64,000 bases of DNA. It comes from Marinobacter antarcticus. Lineage in GTDB: Bacteria; Pseudomonadota; Gammaproteobacteria; Pseudomonadales; Oleiphilaceae. Position numbers and translations under genes: made by a program. Below are positions 56,101-64,000 of this stretch, piece after piece. The stretch is from contig NZ_DRGY01000100.1 in assembly GCF_011049865.1 (NCBI RefSeq), forward strand, positions 11,952 through 75,951. Direction: 5' to 3'. The notes under the pieces were generated by a model. It saw only the letters and a list, made by a program, of their open reading frames with translations. It searched no databases and had not been told where the DNA came from. Every line of letters starts with the position of its first letter. Position 1 is the stretch's first letter.

Positions 56101-56627
56101 ACCCGCTGCTTTGGTCGCTTGTTCGTCAACTGATCCGGCTTCGCCGTGGCCGCCAGCCGCCGGCTTCTCTACAGGAGCCGGTGTGGTACTTCGCCTACGG
56201 TTCGAACATGAATGAGCGGCTTTTTCGCAAGCGCCGGCACATGGTTTGGCAGGACGCCCGGGTCGCGCGGCTCGATGGGTATCGCTTGGTCTTCAGTCGT
56301 GCCGGCGGCCGGTATCCCGGGCTCTCGGCGCCGGCCAACATCGTCGAGGCGCCTGGCGAGAGCGTCTACGGTGTACTCTACCTTCTACCGCCGCGCAAAT
56401 TCGCGCGCCTCGACAACAGCGAAGGCAAGCAGTATGCCTACGTCTGGGCCGACGTGGAGGACGCCGAGGGCCAACGGACTCCGGCAATGACTTATAAGGT
56501 GGCGGATGCTGTTCCCGAGGGTCAGCCCAGCCAGCAGTACCTCGGCCTCCTTCGCGAGGCTGCGCGCCAGCGTGGGCTGCCGGATAACTACAGGGCTTTT
56601 CTCGACCGCGTAGAGGCCCGAGAGTGA
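56097..56627 (+). CDS. Gamma-glutamylcyclotransferase-like protein 1
   Basis: VWYFAYGSNM, ANIV...VYGVLY, LDNSEG, PSQQYL. Confidence 0.85.
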   Translation: MNPLLWSLVRQLIRLRRGRQPPASLQEPVWYFAYGSNMNERLFRKRRHMVWQDARVARLDGYRLVFSRAGGRYPGLSAPANIVEAPGESVYGVLYLLPPRKFARLDNSEGKQYAYVWADVEDAEGQRTPAMTYKVADAVPEGQPSQQYLGLLREAARQRGLPDNYRAFLDRVEARE

Positions 56628-57691
56628 CGCCTTCGCCAGAAGAAGCGGAGTATACAAAGAAGCAGAGTAACGGCCGGTGGCGGCGATGGGGCCCCTGGAT
56701 TGGCGGCATCATCGGCATAGCGGCGCTACTCTGGGTGTTTGGCCGGATCGACTATGACCGTTTTCTGGCGATGCTTGCCGGGGCCAATCTTGGGTTTTTG
56801 CTGATGGTGCCGGCAGCGATGGCATGCGAGCAACTTCTAAGGGCGTGGAAATGGCGCCAGTTGCTGTACCCGATCCGGCCCGTCGGACCTTTCCACCTTT
56901 TCGGCGCTATCATGGGCGGCTATTTCGCCAACCTGATCATTCCCATCGGCGCGAGTCCTGTCGTGCGTTCCTGGCTCGTTGCCCGTCGTCAGGGCTTGTC
57001 GACAAGTTCTGTACTTGCCACCGTGGCGATTGATCGCGTGATCGACGGCATTGTCTTCACCGGCTTTGTTCCGGTCGTATTAATCCTCATGGCGGTGCCT
57101 GATCCCACCGGTGCCATCAGCGCCGGGTTGAGCTGGGGCGCCGGCGGCAGTTTCATTCTGCTTGTTCTGCTGCTGCTCGGCTTGGCCCGCTATCGGCTAC
57201 ACGCGCAGCACGGCACCGGCTGGCTGGGTTGGTGCGTCGATCGTCTGCCCCGTCGCCTTGTCGCCCCCGCACGCCGATTCGCCCGCTCGTTCGCCGTGGG
57301 CATTGTGTGGCCGCAGGAACAATGGCGACGCGTGGGAATTGTGCTGGCCAGCGTCGTCAGCAAGCTCATCGCCGCAACTCATTTCCTCTGGGCAGGGCTG
57401 GCGATCGGCGTCCTGCTGCAGCCCGTGGAGTATTTGTTCCTACTGGTAGTCTTCGGCTTTCTCGCCGTTGTCACTCACTTCGCCCGTATCACCGCAGGTT
57501 TCACAGTCGGCGCCGTGTTCGCCCTCGGAGTGCTGGGCCTGAGCGAGGAGCAGGCGCTTGCCATGGTGCTGACCGTTCAGGTCGCGAACATGCTGACCGT
57601 GACAGTCATCGGCGCACCGGTCCTGTGGCTAAGGAATGTCTCTCTTAGGGAGTTGCGGGCGGTGGGGGATAATGATGCCCGCTGCGGCTGA
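56624..57691 (+). CDS. Lysylphosphatidylglycerol-synthase TM-domain (UPF0104) membrane protein
   Basis: LRAWKWRQLL, GYFANLIIP, AIDRVIDG. Confidence 0.8.
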   Translation: MTPSPEEAEYTKKQSNGRWRRWGPWIGGIIGIAALLWVFGRIDYDRFLAMLAGANLGFLLMVPAAMACEQLLRAWKWRQLLYPIRPVGPFHLFGAIMGGYFANLIIPIGASPVVRSWLVARRQGLSTSSVLATVAIDRVIDGIVFTGFVPVVLILMAVPDPTGAISAGLSWGAGGSFILLVLLLLGLARYRLHAQHGTGWLGWCVDRLPRRLVAPARRFARSFAVGIVWPQEQWRRVGIVLASVVSKLIAATHFLWAGLAIGVLLQPVEYLFLLVVFGFLAVVTHFARITAGFTVGAVFALGVLGLSEEQALAMVLTVQVANMLTVTVIGAPVLWLRNVSLRELRAVGDNDARCG

Positions 57692-58472
57692 GCCCAAGCG
57701 TCGGTTCCGGCGGCTGCCGTTTTACATGTTCGGCGCCTTCGGGCGCGTGCTGTGCCTGGCCGGAGTGGCGACCCTGGTTGCGCTCGCAGGCGACTCGGCC
57801 GGGACTTTTGCCATTGCGGGTTTTTTTGTGCTCTGGACAATATATGCCTTTGTCAGCGGCGTTGTTGCCGTGCCCTATAACGACATCGTGGCACGCTCGA
57901 TAGAGTCGGGGAAACGCAGCCGTATGTTAGCGCTGCGATTTTTCGGCGGCGGACTGCTGGCTCTCGGTGTGGCTGCCATTGCCGGGCGATTGCTTGAGGT
58001 GCTCACGTTCTCCGAAGGGTATGCTGCGATATTGATCGTCGGGGCTCTACTGCTGCTGATCTCAACCCTGTCTTTTGTTTCTGCTGGCGAACCACAGACC
58101 CCTTTACCGGCTGAACACACTGGCGGCTTTGTTGAGTTTCTGAAGAGTGGCGTGGAGGTTTTCCGCCGCGACCAACGCTTTCGGTTGTTTCTCTACTCGC
58201 GCTGGGCCGCCGGTATGGTCGCCATGGCCTTGCCCTTCTACATTCTGCAGGTGATAGCAGTACAGGCTTCGAGCTCACAGGTCGCCTTTCTATTGGGTGC
58301 GCAGACCACCGGCGCGCTGCTCTCCAACCCGCTTTGGGGCTGGTGGGGGGACGTACGCGGCAAGCACAGCCTGCTGGAGGGCGTGGCCGTGATAGGTGCA
58401 TTGGCGCCCCTGCTGCAGTTCTTTCTTGTTCGCCGTCTGCGCAATGTCCCGATAAAGGAGAGCTACCCGTGA
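57672..58472 (+). CDS. MFS-like permease, short and probably internally deleted
   Basis: PYNDIVARSI...RSRMLALR, DQRFRLFL, WGWWGD; 266 aa with fewer than 12 TM segments. Confidence 0.6.
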   Translation: MMPAAAEPKRRFRRLPFYMFGAFGRVLCLAGVATLVALAGDSAGTFAIAGFFVLWTIYAFVSGVVAVPYNDIVARSIESGKRSRMLALRFFGGGLLALGVAAIAGRLLEVLTFSEGYAAILIVGALLLLISTLSFVSAGEPQTPLPAEHTGGFVEFLKSGVEVFRRDQRFRLFLYSRWAAGMVAMALPFYILQVIAVQASSSQVAFLLGAQTTGALLSNPLWGWWGDVRGKHSLLEGVAVIGALAPLLQFFLVRRLRNVPIKESYP

Positions 58473-59026
58473 AACAAACGCGATTACGACGCTGGCTGAC
58501 GAAATCCTGGGTACTGTCCGGGCTTTACTACCGGCTGCACGGCATCCCGCTTACCGGGCGACCGACGGACGAGGTTTGGTACTTCGCCTTCGGGGCCAAC
58601 ATGCACGATAGCGCCTTTCGCGAGCGCCGCGGCATGTACCCGCTCGAGTGGCGCCCGGGACGGATTCAGGGCTATCGGCTTCGTTTCAACCTGGAGGGGA
58701 GGCCAAAAGGCAGGGCCGCCCCGGCCAATATTGCGCTCGATCCAGACGCCGAAGTCTGGGGCGTACTCTATAAAATAACCCGACGCGATTCGCTACGCCT
58801 GGATGCGAGTGAAGGTGTGCCCGGCCCCCGTTACTGGCCGATCTGGATCGAGGCCGAGGATGTCAAGGGCAACCGAATTCAGGCCGTAGCTTACATCGCC
58901 GAGGGGAAGGCGCGCGATGGTAACCCGTCGCTCCGCTATCTCACGATGCTGCGTGAGGGTGCGCGTGCACATGGGTTACCAAAGCAGTGGCTGCACTATT
59001 TGGACAACGTAAAGCCCGCAGAATGA
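58469..59026 (+). CDS. Gamma-glutamylcyclotransferase-like protein 2
   Basis: VWYFAFGANM, ANI...VWGVLY, LDASEG, PSLRYL; GTG start with AAGGAG RBS. Confidence 0.85.
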   Translation: MKQTRLRRWLTKSWVLSGLYYRLHGIPLTGRPTDEVWYFAFGANMHDSAFRERRGMYPLEWRPGRIQGYRLRFNLEGRPKGRAAPANIALDPDAEVWGVLYKITRRDSLRLDASEGVPGPRYWPIWIEAEDVKGNRIQAVAYIAEGKARDGNPSLRYLTMLREGARAHGLPKQWLHYLDNVKPAE

Positions 59027-59074
59027 GAAAGCGTGACATTTAGTATGGGCACACGCTGATTCCTTTCAAGCACT

Positions 59075-60646
59075 TCACGGTTTGCGCACTTCGTAATAGC
59101 GCATCATTCCGTTGTCCTCGTGTTCCATGTTGTGACAGTGATACAGATAGAGCCCTTTGAAATCCTTGAAGGTCAGAGCAATCCGGACCCGCTGACCGGG
59201 CATTACCAGTACGGTATCGTGCAATCCCGAGTCTACGATCCCTGCCTGAAGTTGCCGGGCGCCCCCCGCGTTGGCGTTTCGTCGGCTAATAACCGTAAAT
59301 TGCAGCCCATGTACATGCATGGGGTGGGGCATCATGGTGTCGTTGAAGAACTCCCATATCTCGGTTGCGCCCAGCGAAACGACTTCATCATCGGCGACGG
59401 TTGCACCCTCAAACTGACGGCCATTGATCGCAAAGCCCTGCATCATTTTCATACTGAGCCTGAAAGGCCGGATTCTTGTGGAGTTGTCCGGGTGCGCGAG
59501 GAAGGCCAAGTCACTGCTCAACCGGTCTGGTAACGCGGGCGCAGCCTTCCCCGGAGTGCCATTAACCACCAGGGTCAGCAATGACGTAGGCGTGTCAGAC
59601 ATATTGTTAGAGCCTCCCATCATACCGCCCATCATCTCACCCGCCCGATGCGGTTCATTGATCAACTGGATCTCGGTGCCTTGGCGATCACCCTCAAAGC
59701 TGACCCACAGGTCAACGCGCTGGGCAGGCGCCAGGGTGACGTAGGGGCGCTCTTCAGGTGCTTCCAACAGCCCGCCGCCCGTGCCAATAACGGTAACGGG
59801 GCGACCATCGCTCCAGACCAGTTTGTATATACGTGCGTTGGAGCCATTCAATATACGCAAGCGATAAGCTGTTGCTTGCACCTCTTCAACCGTCGCCGGT
59901 TTACCATTCACTAGCAAGTGATCGCCTTTGAACCCTTGCATCCGGGTCATCATCGATCCCATGCTGTCAGCGAGGTAGCTCAGTTCATTCTCGCCGGCGA
60001 AGCTGCGGTCTTGTAGCACCATGACCCGTTCCCGATCGCCCTTTGGCAAATCCAGTTCGCGCTCAGGGTCATCTTCAATAATAAGCGGGCCTGCAAGCCC
60101 GGCATAGGACTGGAAACCAACGCGTCCGCCGTCATCCCCGTGCGGGTGAGGGTGATACCAGTAAAGCCCAGCACGATCATCCACCACAAAGCCGACGGTT
60201 TTTGTAGCACCCGGTTGAATGGGAAAGCGCGGTTGGCCATCGACCTCTGGCGGCACGTGCAACCCGTGCCAGTGAACGGTCGTGTTTTCTGGAAGATGGT
60301 TTTCAATATGAATCCGGACACGCTGGCCACGGCGCAACCGTATCAATGGACCGACATAGCGGTTGTCTGAATGAGTGAGCGTGTCGCCGGGCCCCTTGAT
60401 CAGCCTGGCGGTATAACGCCAGACTTCGCTGGCAGCGCCTGGAAGGATGGGCGTTACATCCGGGCGAGCAAACAATGTCAATTCGACGTCGAAAGGGCCC
60501 TGATCAAGGCCTGATTCGTCCGCATCGGTTTCAGCGGCACCTTGCTGACAACCACTGAGTAACAGTGGTGCTGGCAGCAGCGCAAAGGTTGCCGCGCCGC
60601 CCACCGATTTTAAAAAAGTTCGACGTGCCGGAATGAAATCGCGCAT
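59075..60646 (-). CDS. Multicopper oxidase (CueO-like), Tat-exported lipoprotein
   Basis: RRTFLK plus the LSGC lipobox; HWHG, WYHPH, HPMHVH, HCHNMEHEDNGMM. Confidence 0.93.
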   Translation of the reverse strand: MRDFIPARRTFLKSVGGAATFALLPAPLLLSGCQQGAAETDADESGLDQGPFDVELTLFARPDVTPILPGAASEVWRYTARLIKGPGDTLTHSDNRYVGPLIRLRRGQRVRIHIENHLPENTTVHWHGLHVPPEVDGQPRFPIQPGATKTVGFVVDDRAGLYWYHPHPHGDDGGRVGFQSYAGLAGPLIIEDDPERELDLPKGDRERVMVLQDRSFAGENELSYLADSMGSMMTRMQGFKGDHLLVNGKPATVEEVQATAYRLRILNGSNARIYKLVWSDGRPVTVIGTGGGLLEAPEERPYVTLAPAQRVDLWVSFEGDRQGTEIQLINEPHRAGEMMGGMMGGSNNMSDTPTSLLTLVVNGTPGKAAPALPDRLSSDLAFLAHPDNSTRIRPFRLSMKMMQGFAINGRQFEGATVADDEVVSLGATEIWEFFNDTMMPHPMHVHGLQFTVISRRNANAGGARQLQAGIVDSGLHDTVLVMPGQRVRIALTFKDFKGLYLYHCHNMEHEDNGMMRYYEVRKP

Positions 60647-60677
60647 CGTGACGAATCTCCGCTCAGGTTGACGATTT

Positions 60678-60917
60678 TCAGCTTCGCAGGAATTTGACGA
60701 GTGCCAGAATCCCGAGCACCAGCAGAGTCAAAACCAATAGGCCGGCAAGCATACAGACAATCATCATACCGCCGCCCATCATGCCGCCATCCATCATTCC
60801 ACTGCTCATCATTCCCGATTCGCCCATACGCCCAGGGCCGGATGAGGTGTCGGCAAACGCAAAAACAGAGTAAAGAGCGAGCATTAACAGTGTTGTGTAT
60901 CGGGTGAGCTTTTCCAT
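60678..60917 (-). CDS. Small Met-rich membrane protein
   Basis: Signal peptide, MGESGMMSSGMMDGGMMGGGMM, C-terminal TM segment. Confidence 0.7.
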   Translation of the reverse strand: MEKLTRYTTLLMLALYSVFAFADTSSGPGRMGESGMMSSGMMDGGMMGGGMMIVCMLAGLLVLTLLVLGILALVKFLRS

Positions 60918-60950
60918 GGCTAAGACCTTAAAGGGCTGCTTAAAGCAGCT

Positions 60951-60981
60951 AGATTAAACCTATGAGTAGCTCAAGGGTCAA
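60951..60981 (-). promoter_or_regulatory. MerR/CueR-type promoter for the Met-rich protein and multicopper oxidase
   Basis: TTGACC-19 bp-TAATCT with dyad ACCCTTGAG-cta-CTCATAGGT. Confidence 0.82.
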
Positions 60982-61365
60982 TAACGTACTTTTTGACTAG
61001 CTCGAGAGACCGTGTCAATGCTCCGGTGCTCCACTTGCTGTAGCCCTGCCATTCGTTGTAGGGCAGAGATCACCCCGGCAACTAATCGTGACCGTCCAAA
61101 ACCAAAGCCAAAGTATGCTAACTCGTATCAATCTTGCGGAGCCAGGGGGTGGCGCCTGATCTGGAAAGCGAAGTAGAATCCGGTATAGTATAACAAGGCA
61201 ACACTTTGTTTGTGAGAAGGTTTAACGGGAGTGATTCATGTTTCGGGGAATACACTCTATAGGTTTGAATATTTCAAATAATATGCTTTACTATTACGCG
61301 CTGAACTAAATCAACAACGCCTCCGCGAATACGCGGAGCACTAACGTCAGGGAAGTAATATAACA

Positions 61366-62484
61366 ATGAAAAAATTCGCTTCACGCTCTGTAATTTTTGC
61401 TGCGGCAACAACCGCATTCACGGTTGCTGCTCCAGCATCTGCTGTCGAATTTAAAATATCTGGACAGGTCGATAAGGCCTTTGTTGCAGCCGATAACGGC
61501 GAAGACAATGATATTGGCTTCGTGGATAACAACGGCTCGAATACCCGATTTCGGGTCTTGGGAAGTCAGGATTTCGACAACGGAATGACGGTTGGCTTGA
61601 ACTACGAGGTAGGATTGACCAACGATATTTCGACCGGCTTCGACATTAATAATAGCAATAATACGGACAAAACTTTCCTCGATGTCCGAAAAACAGAAGT
61701 CTACTTCGGCGGTAATTTCGGCAAGGTCAGTCTGGGCAAGGGTGATGGCGCTGCGAACGGCACTTCGGAGGTGGACCTGTCGGGAACACAATATCTGGGC
61801 GGCGGTTCAGCGCACTATTACGCCAGTGGTATCTCGTTTCTGGATGACAACGGGGTCGCCGTTGGTACCATTGGCGGTGCGGCGTATAATAACCTCGATG
61901 CGCTGAGTCGAAACAATCGCGTGCGATACGATACACCGGCGTTCGGTGGCCTTGTCCTGTCCGCTAGTGTCGCCAGTGGTAAAGCCTTCGAAACAGCGGC
62001 TCGTTACGCTACGGAGTTTGGCAATGGTGGTAAGTTTGCAGCGGCCGTTGATTTCCTCGATAGCCAAGATAAAGACGCTCTTATAAGTCAGGGTGGCGTC
62101 CGTACCTTCGATGGCAGCTTCAAGGAATACGGCGGTTCGGCATCGGTGTTGCTTTCCTCGGGGTTGAACGTTTCCGGCATGTATAAGAAGCGGGATAGCG
62201 ACACGGCCTCTGCTGAAGGCGAGAGCTATTTCGTCGGTGTCGGGTATACCGTGGCCAAGCATCACACGCAGATCGGCTGGGGTCGCTCCAACGATCTTGC
62301 AAATGAAGGCAGCGAAGGTAACAACTACCAATTGGCCTATGTATACGATCTGCGCAGCGATATTGAACTGTTCGGCAGCGTCCGTCACGTTACGCTAGAT
62401 AACGTTGAAAACGGCGGTGGCGTGCTCATAGACGCGCAAGATATCAATTACCTTTATGTAGGCGCGCGGGTCAAGTTTCTTTAA
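61366..62484 (+). CDS. Gram-negative general porin
   Basis: Signal peptide, SNTRFRVLGS, GKVSLGKG, RNNRVRYDTP, C-terminal GARVKF. Confidence 0.88.
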   Translation: MKKFASRSVIFAAATTAFTVAAPASAVEFKISGQVDKAFVAADNGEDNDIGFVDNNGSNTRFRVLGSQDFDNGMTVGLNYEVGLTNDISTGFDINNSNNTDKTFLDVRKTEVYFGGNFGKVSLGKGDGAANGTSEVDLSGTQYLGGGSAHYYASGISFLDDNGVAVGTIGGAAYNNLDALSRNNRVRYDTPAFGGLVLSASVASGKAFETAARYATEFGNGGKFAAAVDFLDSQDKDALISQGGVRTFDGSFKEYGGSASVLLSSGLNVSGMYKKRDSDTASAEGESYFVGVGYTVAKHHTQIGWGRSNDLANEGSEGNNYQLAYVYDLRSDIELFGSVRHVTLDNVENGGGVLIDAQDINYLYVGARVKFL

Positions 62485-62501
62485 TATCATTTGAGCGGCG
62501 A

Positions 62502-62545
62502 AGGCGGTTGGGACAGGTTTGTGACTGTTTGCAACCGCCCTTTTT
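62502..62545 (+). terminator. Probable terminator after the porin
   Basis: ggcggttg...caaccgcc followed by a T-tract; the loop is long. Confidence 0.5.
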
Positions 62546-62667
62546 CTTGGGATAGGCCGTTTTCATCAATGTGGGTCAATAGCTTGATTGACCAGAAGAG
62601 GCGCATTGACAGCAAGGCCTTACCAAATTTTTTGGCGTATCTGCTTAATTATTAAACTTGGATAATC

Positions 62668-63108
62668 ATGCTAGCAAAAAACTGTGTGCCTTATGTTTTA
62701 CTCTGCGCTGGCGTCTCGGTGACTGTGCTCATATCTGGCTGCAGTGGCGCCTTGAGCCCGCAAAAAGCCGACTATGAGAAACTGCCAGGATCTGGTGATC
62801 GTATGGCGGACGGTCCGGGCCTTATCAGTTCGCAAAAAGGTGATGATTACGATGGTGGCTATACTCTTTATTCCAAAGACCAATCAAAAGAGTCGCTGGT
62901 GCACCCGAATCAGTCAACGGAACAGCCTTCCAAGCTCGCGGAGGAAGCTAATCCGTCCACGAGCCAGCAGCAGAATTATGAGGAATTTGAGCGTTACCAA
63001 CAATTTCAGCGCATGCCGGAAGATTCCAGTGAATATCAGCGCTTTCGGGAATGGCAGGAGTGGAAACAGTATCAGCAATGGCGCAATCGAAACTCTGAAC
63101 AGCAATAG
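62668..63108 (+). CDS. Hypothetical lipoprotein with Gln/aromatic-rich tail
   Basis: Lipobox ISGC; YEEFERYQQFQR...EYQRFREWQEWKQYQQW. Confidence 0.65.
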   Translation: MLAKNCVPYVLLCAGVSVTVLISGCSGALSPQKADYEKLPGSGDRMADGPGLISSQKGDDYDGGYTLYSKDQSKESLVHPNQSTEQPSKLAEEANPSTSQQQNYEEFERYQQFQRMPEDSSEYQRFREWQEWKQYQQWRNRNSEQQ

Positions 63109-63224
63109 AAAGGCAAAGTAGCTTACACCACATCAATGAGTCAGTTGGTATAATCTCATAGCGTAGCCTGCCAAGATCTTCCAGGTTGCGCTGAGGTCTG
63201 TTTTCTCAAGCATTTTTCCGATTT

Positions 63225-63680
63225 TTAACCACGATTTGACCGCCCTGACGTCTCCGTCTCGGAGTATTGCACAACTCCATGCTGCAGCGAGGCAATCAAA
63301 GGACATTCAACATTCATCCTTTGCGCTGAGCACGCCTGAACCAGCCCATCCAGCGCTTTTTCTATGCCTTGCAGGCTTCGGATTTTCTGCCGCACGCTCG
63401 TTAATTTCTGCTCGCCCAATACCCGTGCTTCATTACAATGGGTGCCATCCTGCAGTGTCAGCAATTCCGCGATTTCATCCAGACTGAACCCAAGCCATTG
63501 AGCCGTACGAATAAAGTGAAGACGCCCCAACGCCTGATCGTCGTAGTGGCGAATACTACCGTAAGGCTTTTCAGGTTCTGCCACCAATCCCCGGCGTTGG
63601 TAATAGCGGATGGTTTCCACTCCCATACCGGCGGCCTTGGCCAGAGTGCCAATGGTCATTGAGCGTTGTTTTTTGGACAT
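63225..63680 (-). CDS. merR: Mercury-responsive regulator MerR
   Basis: VETIRYYQRRGL; three Hg-ligand Cys (THC, QAC, VECPLI). Confidence 0.95.
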   Translation of the reverse strand: MSKKQRSMTIGTLAKAAGMGVETIRYYQRRGLVAEPEKPYGSIRHYDDQALGRLHFIRTAQWLGFSLDEIAELLTLQDGTHCNEARVLGEQKLTSVRQKIRSLQGIEKALDGLVQACSAQRMNVECPLIASLQHGVVQYSETETSGRSNRG

Positions 63681-63685
63681 AGGGG

Positions 63686-63716
63686 TTGATTCCGTAGCTG
63701 ACTACGGGAGTAACCT
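63686..63716 (+). promoter_or_regulatory. mer operator/promoter
   Basis: TTGATT-19 bp-TAACCT with dyad CCGTAG-ctga-CTACGG. Confidence 0.9.
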
Positions 63717-63753
63717 TAGCGTAGTCACCCATGTCATGAAAGGAGCCATCGTA

Positions 63754-64000
63754 ATGTCAGAGTCCAAATCCGGTCGCGGTTCTCTGATCACAGGAGGGAT
63801 TGCCGCTGTTCTGGCATCTGCTTGCTGTCTTGGCCCCCTGATCTTAATCACGTTGGGCATTTCCGGTGCCTGGATCGGCAATCTGGCCGCTTTGGAACCC
63901 TATCGACCATGGTTCATCGGTGCGGCCCTGGTGGCGATGGTTTTTGCCTGGCGCCGGATATACCGACCCGCCAGGGCCTGCCAGCCGGGTGATGTTTGCG
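63754..64000 (+). CDS. merT: Mercuric transport protein MerT, 5' part
   Basis: Hand-translated as MSESKSGRGSLITGGIAAVLASACCLGPL...LEPYRPWF...CQPGDVC; not in the ORF track. Confidence 0.93.
   Translation, partial: MSESKSGRGSLITGGIAAVLASACCLGPLILITLGISGAWIGNLAALEPYRPWFIGAALVAMVFAWRRIYRPARACQPGDVC

Noticed and set aside
1-64000. tRNA, rRNA, integrase/att site or riboswitch
   Set aside because: None recognised by eye; a tRNAscan/Infernal search would be needed to exclude them.

Overview
This 64 kb window is a mosaic heavy-metal and sulfur-detoxification island, probably from a marine Gammaproteobacterium of Marinobacter type (inferred from gene content). From left to right it holds: (1) a minus-strand Complex I-like operon, nuoA-[nuoB/metal-binding/nuoD fusion]-H-J-K-L-M-N, with a 40-aa His-rich micro-ORF upstream; (2) a sulfite module (YeiE/YeiH, ECF sigma/anti-sigma, SorT/SorU, cytochrome c-propeller protein); (3) czcCBA plus a CDF transporter and a two-component system; (4) a porin/FMN-binding/PepSY operon; (5) dmeRF, a HupE/UreJ operon and a His-tailed MFS transporter; (6) a broken persulfide cluster interrupted by an IS30 remnant and a BlaI/M56-headed second RND system; (7) cusBFAC; (8) a CueR-type copper regulon (P1B ATPase, CopZ, multicopper oxidase, GGCT operon) with four readable 19-bp-spacer promoters; (9) a porin, merR and the start of merT. 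The best candidate for an undescribed system is the de-wired Complex I. Its membrane proton-translocating residues are intact, but the Fe-S and quinone-site residues are gone, and Cys/His/Met metal-binding modules are inserted between the NuoB-like and NuoD-like domains. All family assignments come from recognising motifs by eye; no database searches were run.
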